Source: an uncultured Candidatus Saccharibacteria bacterium
GTDB lineage: Bacteria; Patescibacteriota; Minisyncoccia; Phycocordibacterales; CSBR16-119
NCBI GenBank assembly: GCA_964589975.1
Contig: CAZPVH010000004.1
Coordinates: 10,469 to 74,468, forward strand
Direction of reading: 5' to 3'
DNA: 64,000 bases
The notes beneath the pieces are model-generated. The model saw only the letters and a program-made list of their open reading frames with translations, did not search any database and was not told the origin of the DNA. A program made the translations under genes and the position numbers. Each line of letters begins with the position of its first letter. Position 1 is the stretch's first letter. This document shows positions 1 through 8,926 of the stretch, one piece after another.

Positions 1-7
1 TATTGCC

Positions 8-361
8 ATGAATACTGATACTTTAAGGGGTAAATTATTGGAAGAGCGTGCACAGATTGAAAAGGAAATGAACGACCTTGGCGTCAGGGACCCTGAAACA
101 GGTGACTGGAGTGTCATGGGTGAGCCTGACGGAGAAGAAGCTGATAAGAACGATATGGGTGATCGTGATGAGGAATTCGCTTCAAAAGCAGATACTCTCT
201 CTCAGCTCGAGCTTCGCTACAAAGACATAAATGACGCGCTTTCAAAGATAGAAATGAATGACGGCTCATTTGGAAAGTGCTCCGTCTGCGGTGCTAGCAT
301 AGAAGAAGACCGCCTTATGGCAAATTCGTCCGCCAAAACCTGCAAGGCGCATATGGAATAA
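8..361 (+). CDS. TraR/DksA-family zinc finger protein
   Basis: Coiled-coil with acidic tip (DKNDMGD); C-terminal GKCSVCG...IEEDRL...CKAH motif. Confidence 0.85.
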   Translation: MNTDTLRGKLLEERAQIEKEMNDLGVRDPETGDWSVMGEPDGEEADKNDMGDRDEEFASKADTLSQLELRYKDINDALSKIEMNDGSFGKCSVCGASIEEDRLMANSSAKTCKAHME

Positions 362-384
362 CGAACTTTAAACTCCCGGTAATG

Positions 385-417
385 ACTAAAAACCCTTATT
401 TTATAAGGGTTTTTAGT
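385..417. terminator. AT-rich palindrome, probable terminator
   Basis: ACTAAAAACCCTTAT-ttt-ATAAGGGTTTTTAGT after dksA-like gene. Confidence 0.55.
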
Positions 418-465
418 ATTGACTTTTAGACAAAAATGTGATACTATGTACACAGACCAAAACCC

Positions 466-1077
466 TTGAAAATGAAGAACTTCCAGATACTGATCGGTTT
501 TGCCATGGTGTTCCTTCTCGGAATGCTGTTTGGCCAGAAACTAAGAACGAGCGGGGAGTCTATCGCTCAACCCACTGAAGCGAAGAAGGAATTGGCTGTC
601 GCTTCTCATGAGGACAAGATACTCTCAACGAGAGAAGTGACCGATAAGTCCACGAGCGATGATCCTTTTGAGAGCTATGAATTGCTCAACAAAAAGTTGG
701 AACGCGAGCTCATGTATTTGGCCGATTCCTCCGAGGGTGTATACAAGAGAGGCATGCGTCTCATGGAAGACAAGAAGGAGGCCGACATGAAGGCCGCTCT
801 CGCAGAAGCAAAAGCGTCTGACCCCGTGTCTTTCATTAAGTGGAACGATGCGGCCGATCATTCGAACTTCGCTGAGGCGCAAAAGATGGAGCGTTGCGTG
901 GCCTTCAAGAAATTCCGCGAATGGCGGAAATGGGAATACACGGTTTATCAGCCCTATAACGACTCCGCCTATCAAGTGCATTACAAGTTCGTTAACAGTG
1001 TTAAGAATCGGCATGCAAAGCTTCGTGCAAACATGCTTGATTCATTGGAAAAAGCGACAGGACACGCATGTCCCTAG
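466..1077 (+). CDS. Hypothetical protein with N-terminal membrane anchor (start TTG 466 or ATG 472)
   Basis: 203-aa ORF, hydrophobic N-terminus, own TTGACT/TACTAT promoter and terminator. Confidence 0.7.
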   Translation: MKMKNFQILIGFAMVFLLGMLFGQKLRTSGESIAQPTEAKKELAVASHEDKILSTREVTDKSTSDDPFESYELLNKKLERELMYLADSSEGVYKRGMRLMEDKKEADMKAALAEAKASDPVSFIKWNDAADHSNFAEAQKMERCVAFKKFREWRKWEYTVYQPYNDSAYQVHYKFVNSVKNRHAKLRANMLDSLEKATGHACP

Positions 1078-1097
1078 CTCAATCCTGCGCAGAAATG

Positions 1098-1128
1098 AAA
1101 GGCCCCTCGTCAAGTGAGGGGCCTTTTT
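1098..1128. terminator. Bidirectional intrinsic terminator
   Basis: AAAGGCCCCTC...GAGGGGCCTTTTT between convergent genes. Confidence 0.8.
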
Positions 1129-1131
1129 GTT

Positions 1132-1518
1132 TCAATGTTTTACGCGCTGGAACTTCTTATTAAGTGACCTGAAGAAGTCTTTCCCTGTGTCTGAAGCGCC
1201 ACCAGCGGTGAATAGACAAAGAAAGACAGAAGCCATACAGATCTTGGCTACGTTGACTGCCCAGGGAATGGTGTTCAGGTCACCAATTACCCAGAAGGCG
1301 CACGTCACGACCCAAGCCAGAATTCCGCCGGCTATAGCAGTCTCACGCAGATTCCGTTCAGAATGAAGTGCGGCCATGATCGCAGTTATCGTAACCAGTA
1401 CCGCGACAATATTCGCAACATGCGGCCAGGCGTAAAGCCATGAGGTATCCAAGGTAAGCCAGAGGACTGTTGTCAGCGTCTCGTAACGCATAAAGCGACG
1501 ATTGTCGGGTTTCGGCAT
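1132..1518 (-). CDS. Small multi-pass membrane protein
   Basis: About four hydrophobic segments; TTTACA-16-TAGTAT promoter upstream. Confidence 0.7.
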   Translation of the reverse strand: MPKPDNRRFMRYETLTTVLWLTLDTSWLYAWPHVANIVAVLVTITAIMAALHSERNLRETAIAGGILAWVVTCAFWVIGDLNTIPWAVNVAKICMASVFLCLFTAGGASDTGKDFFRSLNKKFQRVKH

Positions 1519-1602
1519 CGGTGGTTGGTTTTTTGCAATACTACAGTATTCTAGTTTTTTGTAAATGACCTTAAATATTCTTTTTCACAATTTTAATTTT
1601 TA

Positions 1603-1637
1603 AATACTTAATACTGTATACCTAATACTGTATACTT
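1603..1637. repeat. Heptamer tandem array (~5x WATACTK)
   Basis: aatactt aatactg tatacct aatactg tatactt; last unit supplies the comM -10 box. Confidence 0.7.
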
Positions 1638-1643
1638 TTAAAC

Positions 1644-3149
1644 ATGTCATTCTCACGAGTGTATTCGGCTCAGGTGAATGTTCTCGATGGACAGCTCATC
1701 ACAGTCGAAACTGACCTCACAAAGAAAACTTTGCATAATTTCATGATTGTCGGCCTGGCAGACAAGGCCGTCGATGAGGCGCGCGACCGCGTTGGTTCGG
1801 CGATAAAGAATTCCGGCTATAAGTCCCCGAAACAATCTAATCAAAAAATTGTGGTCTCGCTCTCGCCAGCATCGGTGAAGAAAGAGGGATCATATTTCGA
1901 CCTTGCCATCGCGCTCGGCTACTTGCTCTCGAACGAAGAACTAAAATTTGATCCCGAAGGCAAGATCTTTATCGGCGAGCTCTCACTCGATGGGGAATTG
2001 AAACCGGTCAAAGGAATTCTCCCTCTTGCCAAATCCGCCAAGGAACTCGGATTCAAGGAAGTTTTTGTTCCAGCGGGTAACGCCAAGGAAGCAGCGCTAA
2101 TTGAAGGCCTCAGTATTTATCCGGTGAAAAACCTAAAGGAGGCAATAGACCACCTAAACGCGGAGAATAAGTTCTGTATAAATTGCCAAGAAGTGACACC
2201 GATCACTTACAAAGAAACTTTCGGAGGAAACGACTTCTCTGATATTCGGGGGCAAGAGCTCGCCAAAAGGGGACTCGAGATTGCCGCGGCCGGCGGGCAT
2301 AACATTGCCATGTATGGGCCGCCCGGAACGGGTAAGACTATGCTCGCCAGGGCATTTTCTGGAATCCTTCCCGGGCTTTCGAAAGATGATGTGCTCGAGG
2401 TTACCGCCATTCACTCTATCGCCGGCATACTTGAGGATTCTTTGGTGACGGAGAGACCTTTTCGAAGCCCGCATTCGACAAGTAGCTATGTTTCGGTAAT
2501 TGGCGGAGGAACATTTCCGAAGCCGGGCGAGGTGACGCTCGCGCACAAGGGCGTACTTTTCCTCGACGAGTTTCCGGAATTCGATAGACGAGTCCTCGAA
2601 TCTCTTCGTCAGCCCCTCGAAGACCGGGTTGTGCACATTTCCCGCGCCAAAGGCTCGGCGTCATATCCGACGAACTTTATTCTGGTCGCGGCCATGAACC
2701 CGCCACCAGCGAACGCGACAGCGGGAGACATTGTCAGGTATCGTCGGAAAATCTCGGGTCCCATTATGGACCGCATCGACCTATGGGTGAATGTTCTAAA
2801 TATTGATTACGACAAATTGGGGTCAAAAGTAAAAGAAGGCGAGGAAAGTTCTGTCATAAAGAAAAGAGTTCTTGCCGCCAGAAAAAAACAAGAAGAGCGA
2901 CTAAAGAATTCTAGAGCTAATACGAATTCAGAGATGGGCGTGAAGGATATTGATAAGCTGATTGAGATTTCAAAAGAAGTGAGAGATATATTAAACACAA
3001 CAGCCAAGAAGCTGAATCTTTCCGCTCGCGCGTATCATAGGGTAATAAAGCTTTCGCGCACAATTGCAGACCTAGACGGTACTGAGAATATTGAGATGAA
3101 GCATGTGCTGGAGGCCCTGCAGTATCGGCCTAAGCAAGAAGAATACTAA
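1644..3149 (+). CDS. comM: YifB/ComM Mg-chelatase-like AAA+ ATPase
   Basis: IVGLADKAVDEARDRV, GPPGTGKT, HKGVLFLDEFPEF, LRQPLED, LSARAYHRVIKLSRTIADL. Confidence 0.95.
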   Translation: MSFSRVYSAQVNVLDGQLITVETDLTKKTLHNFMIVGLADKAVDEARDRVGSAIKNSGYKSPKQSNQKIVVSLSPASVKKEGSYFDLAIALGYLLSNEELKFDPEGKIFIGELSLDGELKPVKGILPLAKSAKELGFKEVFVPAGNAKEAALIEGLSIYPVKNLKEAIDHLNAENKFCINCQEVTPITYKETFGGNDFSDIRGQELAKRGLEIAAAGGHNIAMYGPPGTGKTMLARAFSGILPGLSKDDVLEVTAIHSIAGILEDSLVTERPFRSPHSTSSYVSVIGGGTFPKPGEVTLAHKGVLFLDEFPEFDRRVLESLRQPLEDRVVHISRAKGSASYPTNFILVAAMNPPPANATAGDIVRYRRKISGPIMDRIDLWVNVLNIDYDKLGSKVKEGEESSVIKKRVLAARKKQEERLKNSRANTNSEMGVKDIDKLIEISKEVRDILNTTAKKLNLSARAYHRVIKLSRTIADLDGTENIEMKHVLEALQYRPKQEEY

Positions 3150-3150
3150 G

Positions 3151-3243
3151 GGCTCCGCTACTGCTCCGCTAAAAGAGAAAAGCCGCACCTTACGGCGCGG
3201 CTTTTCGATCCCGCAGGAGGAAGAGGAGTATGTTTTGCGGAGT
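3151..3243. repeat. Partial GCTCCGC-family element plus terminator hairpin
   Basis: Minus strand reads CTCCGCAAAACAT...CCTGCGGGA as at 10861; hairpin GAAAAGCCGC..GCGGCTTTTC at 3177-3206. Confidence 0.6.
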
Positions 3244-3249
3244 ACCCCT

Positions 3250-4344
3250 CTAGTACATTTTTTCTAGGATTCCGATTCCATTGATGCCGCTGTTGCCCGT
3301 GCGGATCTCGACGTGAAGGTGTGGTCCAGTGGAGCGTCCGGTTGAGCCAACGCCACCAATGACGTCGCCCTGCTTCACAGTCTGGCCTTGTTTGACAGAA
3401 ATGCTAGAGAGGTGAGCGTAGAGAGTCTGAGTGCCATTGTCGTGTCCGATGATGACGAGTCCGCCGTATCCGCCGTTGTAAGCAGTAGTAGGCTTCACCA
3501 CCATGACGCGACCACTCGCCATTGCCCAGACGGCTGTGCCCGTCTTCGCGCCGATGTCTATAGCTTTATATCGGTCATGAACGCCCTGAGTTTTTACGCC
3601 CTTGACTGGTTTGATGTAGTAGCCGTTTGGAGCTTCCTTTGACGGCGCGCCTTTTGTTGTCGGTTTCTTCGTTTCTGTCGGGGCCTCCATTTCTTCGCCG
3701 TTCGGGATGATGATCTCAGTTCCGACGGCCAAAGCTTCGCCTTCTTCTATACCATTGAAAAGAGAGATTTCGCGGGCGTCAGCTTTGTACTTCTTCGCGA
3801 TGCTTGCAAATGTGTCGCCCTTGGCAACCTTGTGCTTGATTCCGGAGATCGGGAGGATGATAAGCTCCTGGCCAGGTTTTACTGTGCCTTTAACGTCTAT
3901 ATCGTTCGCCCAGCGAATGGTGTTAGGCGAAATTCCGAACATTTCGGCGATCTGGCCCAAAGTGTCGCCCTCGCGGACCGTGTATATAGAGATGTCGTCC
4001 GGGGAAGCGGAAACGATCTTTTCAGCCTCCTTTGTATCAGCGACTGGAGTCGTGTTTGGAACCAGAGCCTCGTCGTCAGTCATTAGAGGGTCCGGGCCGC
4101 CAACGGCGCCTTTCGGATCAGGGCGAGCTTTGGAGTTCAAGAGGGTAAGGGTCTGGGAGTTATAGAGGTTTGTCTCCGGGGAATACAGGTTCTCCTGGTC
4201 AGATCGGGCGACGCTCTGGCTGGAGAGATATGGGAGAACGAAAAAAGCCGCAATAGCTGCCAAAGAAAAACAGGCTTTTTTCGTGAAAAGCCGATTTAAA
4301 AGAGGTTTTTTGATTCCTGCCCCTTTAGCATTGATGGAAGGCAC
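3250..4344 (-). CDS. LysM x2 + M23 peptidase (start uncertain)
   Basis: YTVREGDTLGQIA and HKVAKGDTFASIA LysM repeats; YAHL, GSTGRSTGPHLHVE M23 motifs. Confidence 0.92.
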   Translation of the reverse strand: MPSINAKGAGIKKPLLNRLFTKKACFSLAAIAAFFVLPYLSSQSVARSDQENLYSPETNLYNSQTLTLLNSKARPDPKGAVGGPDPLMTDDEALVPNTTPVADTKEAEKIVSASPDDISIYTVREGDTLGQIAEMFGISPNTIRWANDIDVKGTVKPGQELIILPISGIKHKVAKGDTFASIAKKYKADAREISLFNGIEEGEALAVGTEIIIPNGEEMEAPTETKKPTTKGAPSKEAPNGYYIKPVKGVKTQGVHDRYKAIDIGAKTGTAVWAMASGRVMVVKPTTAYNGGYGGLVIIGHDNGTQTLYAHLSSISVKQGQTVKQGDVIGGVGSTGRSTGPHLHVEIRTGNSGINGIGILEKMY

Positions 4345-4524
4345 GGAATCTTGTGAGTTTTTTCTTATAAGCCTATGTTTAACCTTTGTCTTACCTTAGC
4401 ATCCTGTATTTCTGTCGCTCCGGGCTATAAAACAAAAATTTGAGCTATTTCTGACTCCTTGAGGACATCAGAGGTAACCCATGAGAACAATCCTATCGGA
4501 TAGCCCCGGGGGAGTCAACGCAAA

Positions 4525-4533
4525 TGTGGATAA
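4525..4533 (-). promoter_or_regulatory. DnaA box
   Basis: TGTGGATAA is the reverse complement of consensus TTATCCACA, in a divergent promoter region. Confidence 0.5.
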
Positions 4534-4611
4534 CCTCAAAACCTTGACGACAGGTAAAGAAGTATTGTCCACTTGGCCTATTTCTAAAGGCTTTTATGAT
4601 ATAATTTCCCC

Positions 4612-7600
4612 ATGAATTTGGAATCTAGAAAAACCAAAGATTTGGGTGAGTTGGCCGATATTCTAAAAACGGCCGAAGCAGAGGATCGGCAGAAGGAGGG
4701 AGTAAGGGCGATGGAGGAGGTCCAAGCTCGGGCCAGAGAAGAAGCCGAAAAGGATAAAGCTGCAGAAAATGTACAGATCGATGTTTCAGGAGTTGAGCCG
4801 GAAGTTACCCAAGAATTCGAAAAGTCTCAAGAACAGCACGGAGGGTACAGATGGGAGAACGGTGACGGGAAGACTTTTCAGCCTCTTTTAAAACAAATAG
4901 ACCGTATCGCCTTGGAAGAACTCACTAAGGCCCAGATAAAGAAATATGCTGAAGAGATCGCCAAGGGGAATTATCCTTCTAAGGCAGGGTCCATAAAATT
5001 TTTTAATGAACACGAACAAGAGATAGACCGAGAGGTGCAGATCATAAAGGCAAAGGATAAGGAAGCAAATCTAAAGGAGACTATTTCAAATAATTTTCCA
5101 AATAGTGAGAAGCCTTCTGGGGCAACCGAGAAGAAGTCGAGTGGTGTTGGCCGCATGAGGTTCGACGGCACTGATCCTTATGGACTTCGGATAAATAAGC
5201 AGATCAGGTATTCCAAATCACCTGAAAATTCAGCCAAATCTGCAGAAACTACAGAATCAGCATTTGCAAGATGGGATGGGAAGCAAGAAAGGATTCATCT
5301 TGAGCCCGGTTCGCAAGTTCGGGCTGGTTCGATTGAGGCGGAGCGCGAACCTGTTGGCCGGCCGGAATCTTTTAAGTTGGACACAAAACCAGAAGGCCTA
5401 CCCAAAGAAGCTCCACGATTTGGAGAGGTGGAATCTCATGCCAGGGCTGGAGGAAAGACCATAATTAGTGAGAAAGCCCCTGCCGCGCCAACTGCTGCTC
5501 CGGAAAAGCCTAACGGGAAGGAACGAGTGGAGAAACCGGTTATTGAAAGGACAGAGGCACCTAAGCCTAATCCTGCGTCAGAAAGACTTCAAACGCCAGC
5601 TGCTGCATTTGAGGGGCGAACGGAAACGAAGTCTGAATCAAATAAGGAGCTTGACGGTCTTGTTCAATTCAATCTCGGAAAATTTGGCATTATTAACGGC
5701 AATGATACCGAAGAAGCTAAGGGCCTCAAGATGGCAGAACTTCGCCGTGAAATACCAGAGTTCTTTGCTCTCTCGTCAGCACAACAGCTCTATGCCCTTG
5801 AGAAGCTTAGTCAGAAAAAGTCACACAATCTAGATGTGGAGACCAAGCGAGCTATCAAAGACGCTGACGCCACTAATAAGAAGGGCGGAATATTCGGACG
5901 TATTGGACGAGGTCTCACCAGAACTGGACGCACTGCGACGCTTCGCAAAAAAACATTGGAAGAGATGAAAAAGGGCGGTCTTGCAAGCTATAAAGAAGAT
6001 CTTCAGGGAATTGCTGGATTCACGCTTGCTCGCGGCAAACAGATCGAGGTTGGAGAGAAGGGTATGGTTATAAAATTCGTTAATCGCGGTGAAGAGGTAG
6101 AAGGAAAGCATGGAAAAATCATAGACGCGTATAACCGCGCTGCCACAGCTTTGGCCGAAACGCCGTACGTTCACACAACAGGCGATCTTACGCCTCTTGA
6201 AATAGTGGCCAGAAATAAATTCAAAAAGGCGGAAAAGGCTTTTGAGGCGGCACGAGCAGAACTTATGGCGTTCGAAGGAAAGGGTCTTCCGCCAGAAGAG
6301 ATGAAAAAGAAAGTTCTTGAATTCTCAAACCTCGATGATGATATTCGTCTGAACCAGGCATACTCATATGATTCAAAAGATCTCTACGGCGATACAAGCA
6401 TTTGGAACAAGATGGGCCAGATCGCGAATGATTACAAGATAACCGAAAAGGGCGGTTACGCTCTATCCGGTTTCGCGGCACGAACAATGGGCAAATACGC
6501 TCTTGGACTCGGCGGCGGCGTAGTCGCGTCTTCATTTATGGGAGGACTCCGCGGCTGGATAAGCAAGCGTCAGGAATTCAAAGAACTTGCAGAGCGAAAA
6601 CGCTCGGGCGATGACGTTAAAGGCAAAGAAGCTGTCGGGGTTAAAGAGGTTATTGACGGCGCTAGCTATGCGGCAAAGATAGACAAGCTTATTGCCGAGA
6701 TAGAAAACGCAAAAAGTCCGAAGCGAGACGCGCTCATCCAGAGTTTGCAGAACCGAGTTATGATTGCGCGCGAGCGTGATGAAATGGGACTTGTAAACTT
6801 TGGCAAAGCTAACAAAGAATTGGCGGCGAAATATGACTTCTTCCGAGCGCTGAAGGCTGCCAATAGAATTCTTCTTGAAACTGATCCGGAGGTCATGAAG
6901 ACGGCTGATGCTGTGGCGGAAAGAATGCAGTCGCTCTATTTCAAAGATGAAATAAAAGATGTAGAAAAGAAAAAAGCGATCAAGGCATCAATCAAGCGTG
7001 GCGCTATAGCTGGGGCAGGATTCTTTGTCGGAGGCTTTATTGCAAACGACCTGGCTTTCCATAATGGCGAATGGACGAAAGGCGCTATCAAAGATGTATC
7101 TGACCTGAGCGAGAAGGCTCTTGGAGAGCTAAAAGAATTCGCCAAGGAAGCAAACGCAGCAGCGAATGTGCAGTTTGCGAAACTGGGAAGACTTGGCCTT
7201 GACGCTATAGACGGAAACAGCGCCATGAATCCTGAAGCTACAGGCATCAATAAGCCTAGTTTCCATAAAGTTGAAGTCATGCCGGAAATTCCACGGCTTG
7301 AGCAGACGTTTTCTATGGTGGGCGGACGAGGAGCGATTGGCGCTATCGATGAACTTCAGGAGAAACTTCTGGCTCGCTATGGCGAGAACATGCCGGAGAA
7401 TTTGAAAGCCTTTATGGCGGCCAAGCCGGAGAAGCTCGCGATTGATTGGGGCTTTTATCGCCCAGGCGAAGAGGCTGAGAGCGCCGCTGTTATGAAAGGC
7501 GCGAAGTTTGGTATTACAAACGAAGGCCAGATTACGTTTGAAGATCATGAGGGCAATGTTGTCAGACTTGGTGGCGGCGAGAAATTTGCCGGCCGAATGT

Positions 7601-8775
7601 ATGACGGTAGTCCAAAGGCGGCAGCTGCCATCGTTGACGAGACCCCGCGAGTTGATTTTGCTGACATTGAGGCGCAGCACCAGGCGACTGGCTGGGAACA
7701 TCAGAACGCTGGTACCGGCGAAATATTCTCAAGAGAAGTTCCTATGCAGCCTGGAATGGGCGGGGCGAATGCGGAGCTCATGGCTTCGACAAGCGGTGGT
7801 CCTGTCGGAGCTGAAACTATTGGCACCATCTCTGGCGTGCCGCCTGAAGGAATGTCAGTCGCGACCCCTGAAATACGGGGAACAGTGGTGGCCAAGTACG
7901 ACGACTTCGGTCGCGTGACTCGCATGGCGTGGGCGCCGCAGAGCAGGATTGATGAAGTCGTAAAATTCAAAGCGACTCCTGATAAATTCCTAGTTGATGA
8001 CCTGGAGCACTCAGGTCTTAAGTACCCGACTCGCTCTTTTGGCACATCAGAGCTTCGAAATACCGAGATGACAAAATACTGCATCTCATATCTTGAGTGG
8101 CGAAACATGCTGAAGTCAGGCGGTTTCCAGCCGGGATCACCGGAGTATAACTACATCACCGGTCAGATGAGACTAGTTGGCTCAGCTATCGAAGCCAAGT
8201 CGGGAGCAATCTTCCGTCCGATCCAAGAAGACGGGATTCTCCGAGGCCTCAAGGCTCCAAGAATAGAAAATATCCCGACAGCTCCAGCGAGTCCGATGCC
8301 ACCAGAGCCGGAAATGCCCAGCGCCAAGGCGCCGGCCCCGGTAGAAGATTTCACCGGTCGCCCAGGCTCATCTGAAGTATTGAAATTCCAGGATGGGAAT
8401 GGGGTAAAAGCCAAGCTTGAATTCTTGAAAGACGAGAACGGAAAGATATATGGCATCGGCAAGGAAAGCGGTATGAAAACGCCTTTTGATAATAATTCCG
8501 AGAAGTTCTTGGAAGATAATTGGAAAGACTTGGCAAAGGCCGAGGCTGAGGCCAAGGGCAAGGATCTTAGAATATTTGAGAAGCAGATAGAGCTCCGAGC
8601 AAAGAACTACGTCCAATACGAAACCCTGATCAAAAGCAGCTTCTTCAAAGATCTTCCGCCAGATGGTCAGGAAGTTATCAAGCAAGAATTGGCGAAAATA
8701 GTGAGTCGCTATGACAAATTCCTCAAAAATGAGCAATATGCCGATATCGCGGCATCTATAAAGGGCAGATCATAA
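4612..8775 (+). CDS. Large hypothetical protein (disordered N-terminus, coiled coils, two Gly-rich hydrophobic segments)
   Basis: 1387-aa ORF preceded by TGA-TATAAT-6nt-ATG. Confidence 0.8.
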   Translation: MNLESRKTKDLGELADILKTAEAEDRQKEGVRAMEEVQARAREEAEKDKAAENVQIDVSGVEPEVTQEFEKSQEQHGGYRWENGDGKTFQPLLKQIDRIALEELTKAQIKKYAEEIAKGNYPSKAGSIKFFNEHEQEIDREVQIIKAKDKEANLKETISNNFPNSEKPSGATEKKSSGVGRMRFDGTDPYGLRINKQIRYSKSPENSAKSAETTESAFARWDGKQERIHLEPGSQVRAGSIEAEREPVGRPESFKLDTKPEGLPKEAPRFGEVESHARAGGKTIISEKAPAAPTAAPEKPNGKERVEKPVIERTEAPKPNPASERLQTPAAAFEGRTETKSESNKELDGLVQFNLGKFGIINGNDTEEAKGLKMAELRREIPEFFALSSAQQLYALEKLSQKKSHNLDVETKRAIKDADATNKKGGIFGRIGRGLTRTGRTATLRKKTLEEMKKGGLASYKEDLQGIAGFTLARGKQIEVGEKGMVIKFVNRGEEVEGKHGKIIDAYNRAATALAETPYVHTTGDLTPLEIVARNKFKKAEKAFEAARAELMAFEGKGLPPEEMKKKVLEFSNLDDDIRLNQAYSYDSKDLYGDTSIWNKMGQIANDYKITEKGGYALSGFAARTMGKYALGLGGGVVASSFMGGLRGWISKRQEFKELAERKRSGDDVKGKEAVGVKEVIDGASYAAKIDKLIAEIENAKSPKRDALIQSLQNRVMIARERDEMGLVNFGKANKELAAKYDFFRALKAANRILLETDPEVMKTADAVAERMQSLYFKDEIKDVEKKKAIKASIKRGAIAGAGFFVGGFIANDLAFHNGEWTKGAIKDVSDLSEKALGELKEFAKEANAAANVQFAKLGRLGLDAIDGNSAMNPEATGINKPSFHKVEVMPEIPRLEQTFSMVGGRGAIGAIDELQEKLLARYGENMPENLKAFMAAKPEKLAIDWGFYRPGEEAESAAVMKGAKFGITNEGQITFEDHEGNVVRLGGGEKFAGRMYDGSPKAAAAIVDETPRVDFADIEAQHQATGWEHQNAGTGEIFSREVPMQPGMGGANAELMASTSGGPVGAETIGTISGVPPEGMSVATPEIRGTVVAKYDDFGRVTRMAWAPQSRIDEVVKFKATPDKFLVDDLEHSGLKYPTRSFGTSELRNTEMTKYCISYLEWRNMLKSGGFQPGSPEYNYITGQMRLVGSAIEAKSGAIFRPIQEDGILRGLKAPRIENIPTAPASPMPPEPEMPSAKAPAPVEDFTGRPGSSEVLKFQDGNGVKAKLEFLKDENGKIYGIGKESGMKTPFDNNSEKFLEDNWKDLAKAEAEAKGKDLRIFEKQIELRAKNYVQYETLIKSSFFKDLPPDGQEVIKQELAKIVSRYDKFLKNEQYADIAASIKGRS

Positions 8776-8797
8776 AGTCTCGTGATATAGTGTTGTG

Positions 8798-8926
8798 ATG
8801 AATCCCGTTAGTGACCGCGGTCGCTAGCGAGAATTCGTTATCTGAATATGGAATTCTTACTTTATACAAATATTAGTACTATGGCAGTTTGCGGGACGAC
8901 CGCGACCTGTCACTAACGGGATGAAT
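8798..8926 (+). mobile_element. Start-codon-associated hairpin element (MITE-like), copy 1
   Basis: ATGAAT direct repeat (8798, 8921) flanking 117 bp; inverted arms ATCCCGTTAGTGAC-CGCGGTCG / CGACCGCG-acct-GTCACTAACGGGAT. Confidence 0.75.

Noticed and set aside
4525-4573. Replication origin
   Set aside because: Only one perfect and one weak DnaA box, with no cluster and no dnaA/dnaN nearby
5509-5518. CTAACGGGA as a third copy of the start-codon element
   Set aside because: Isolated match inside a CDS with no upstream CCCGTTAG arm
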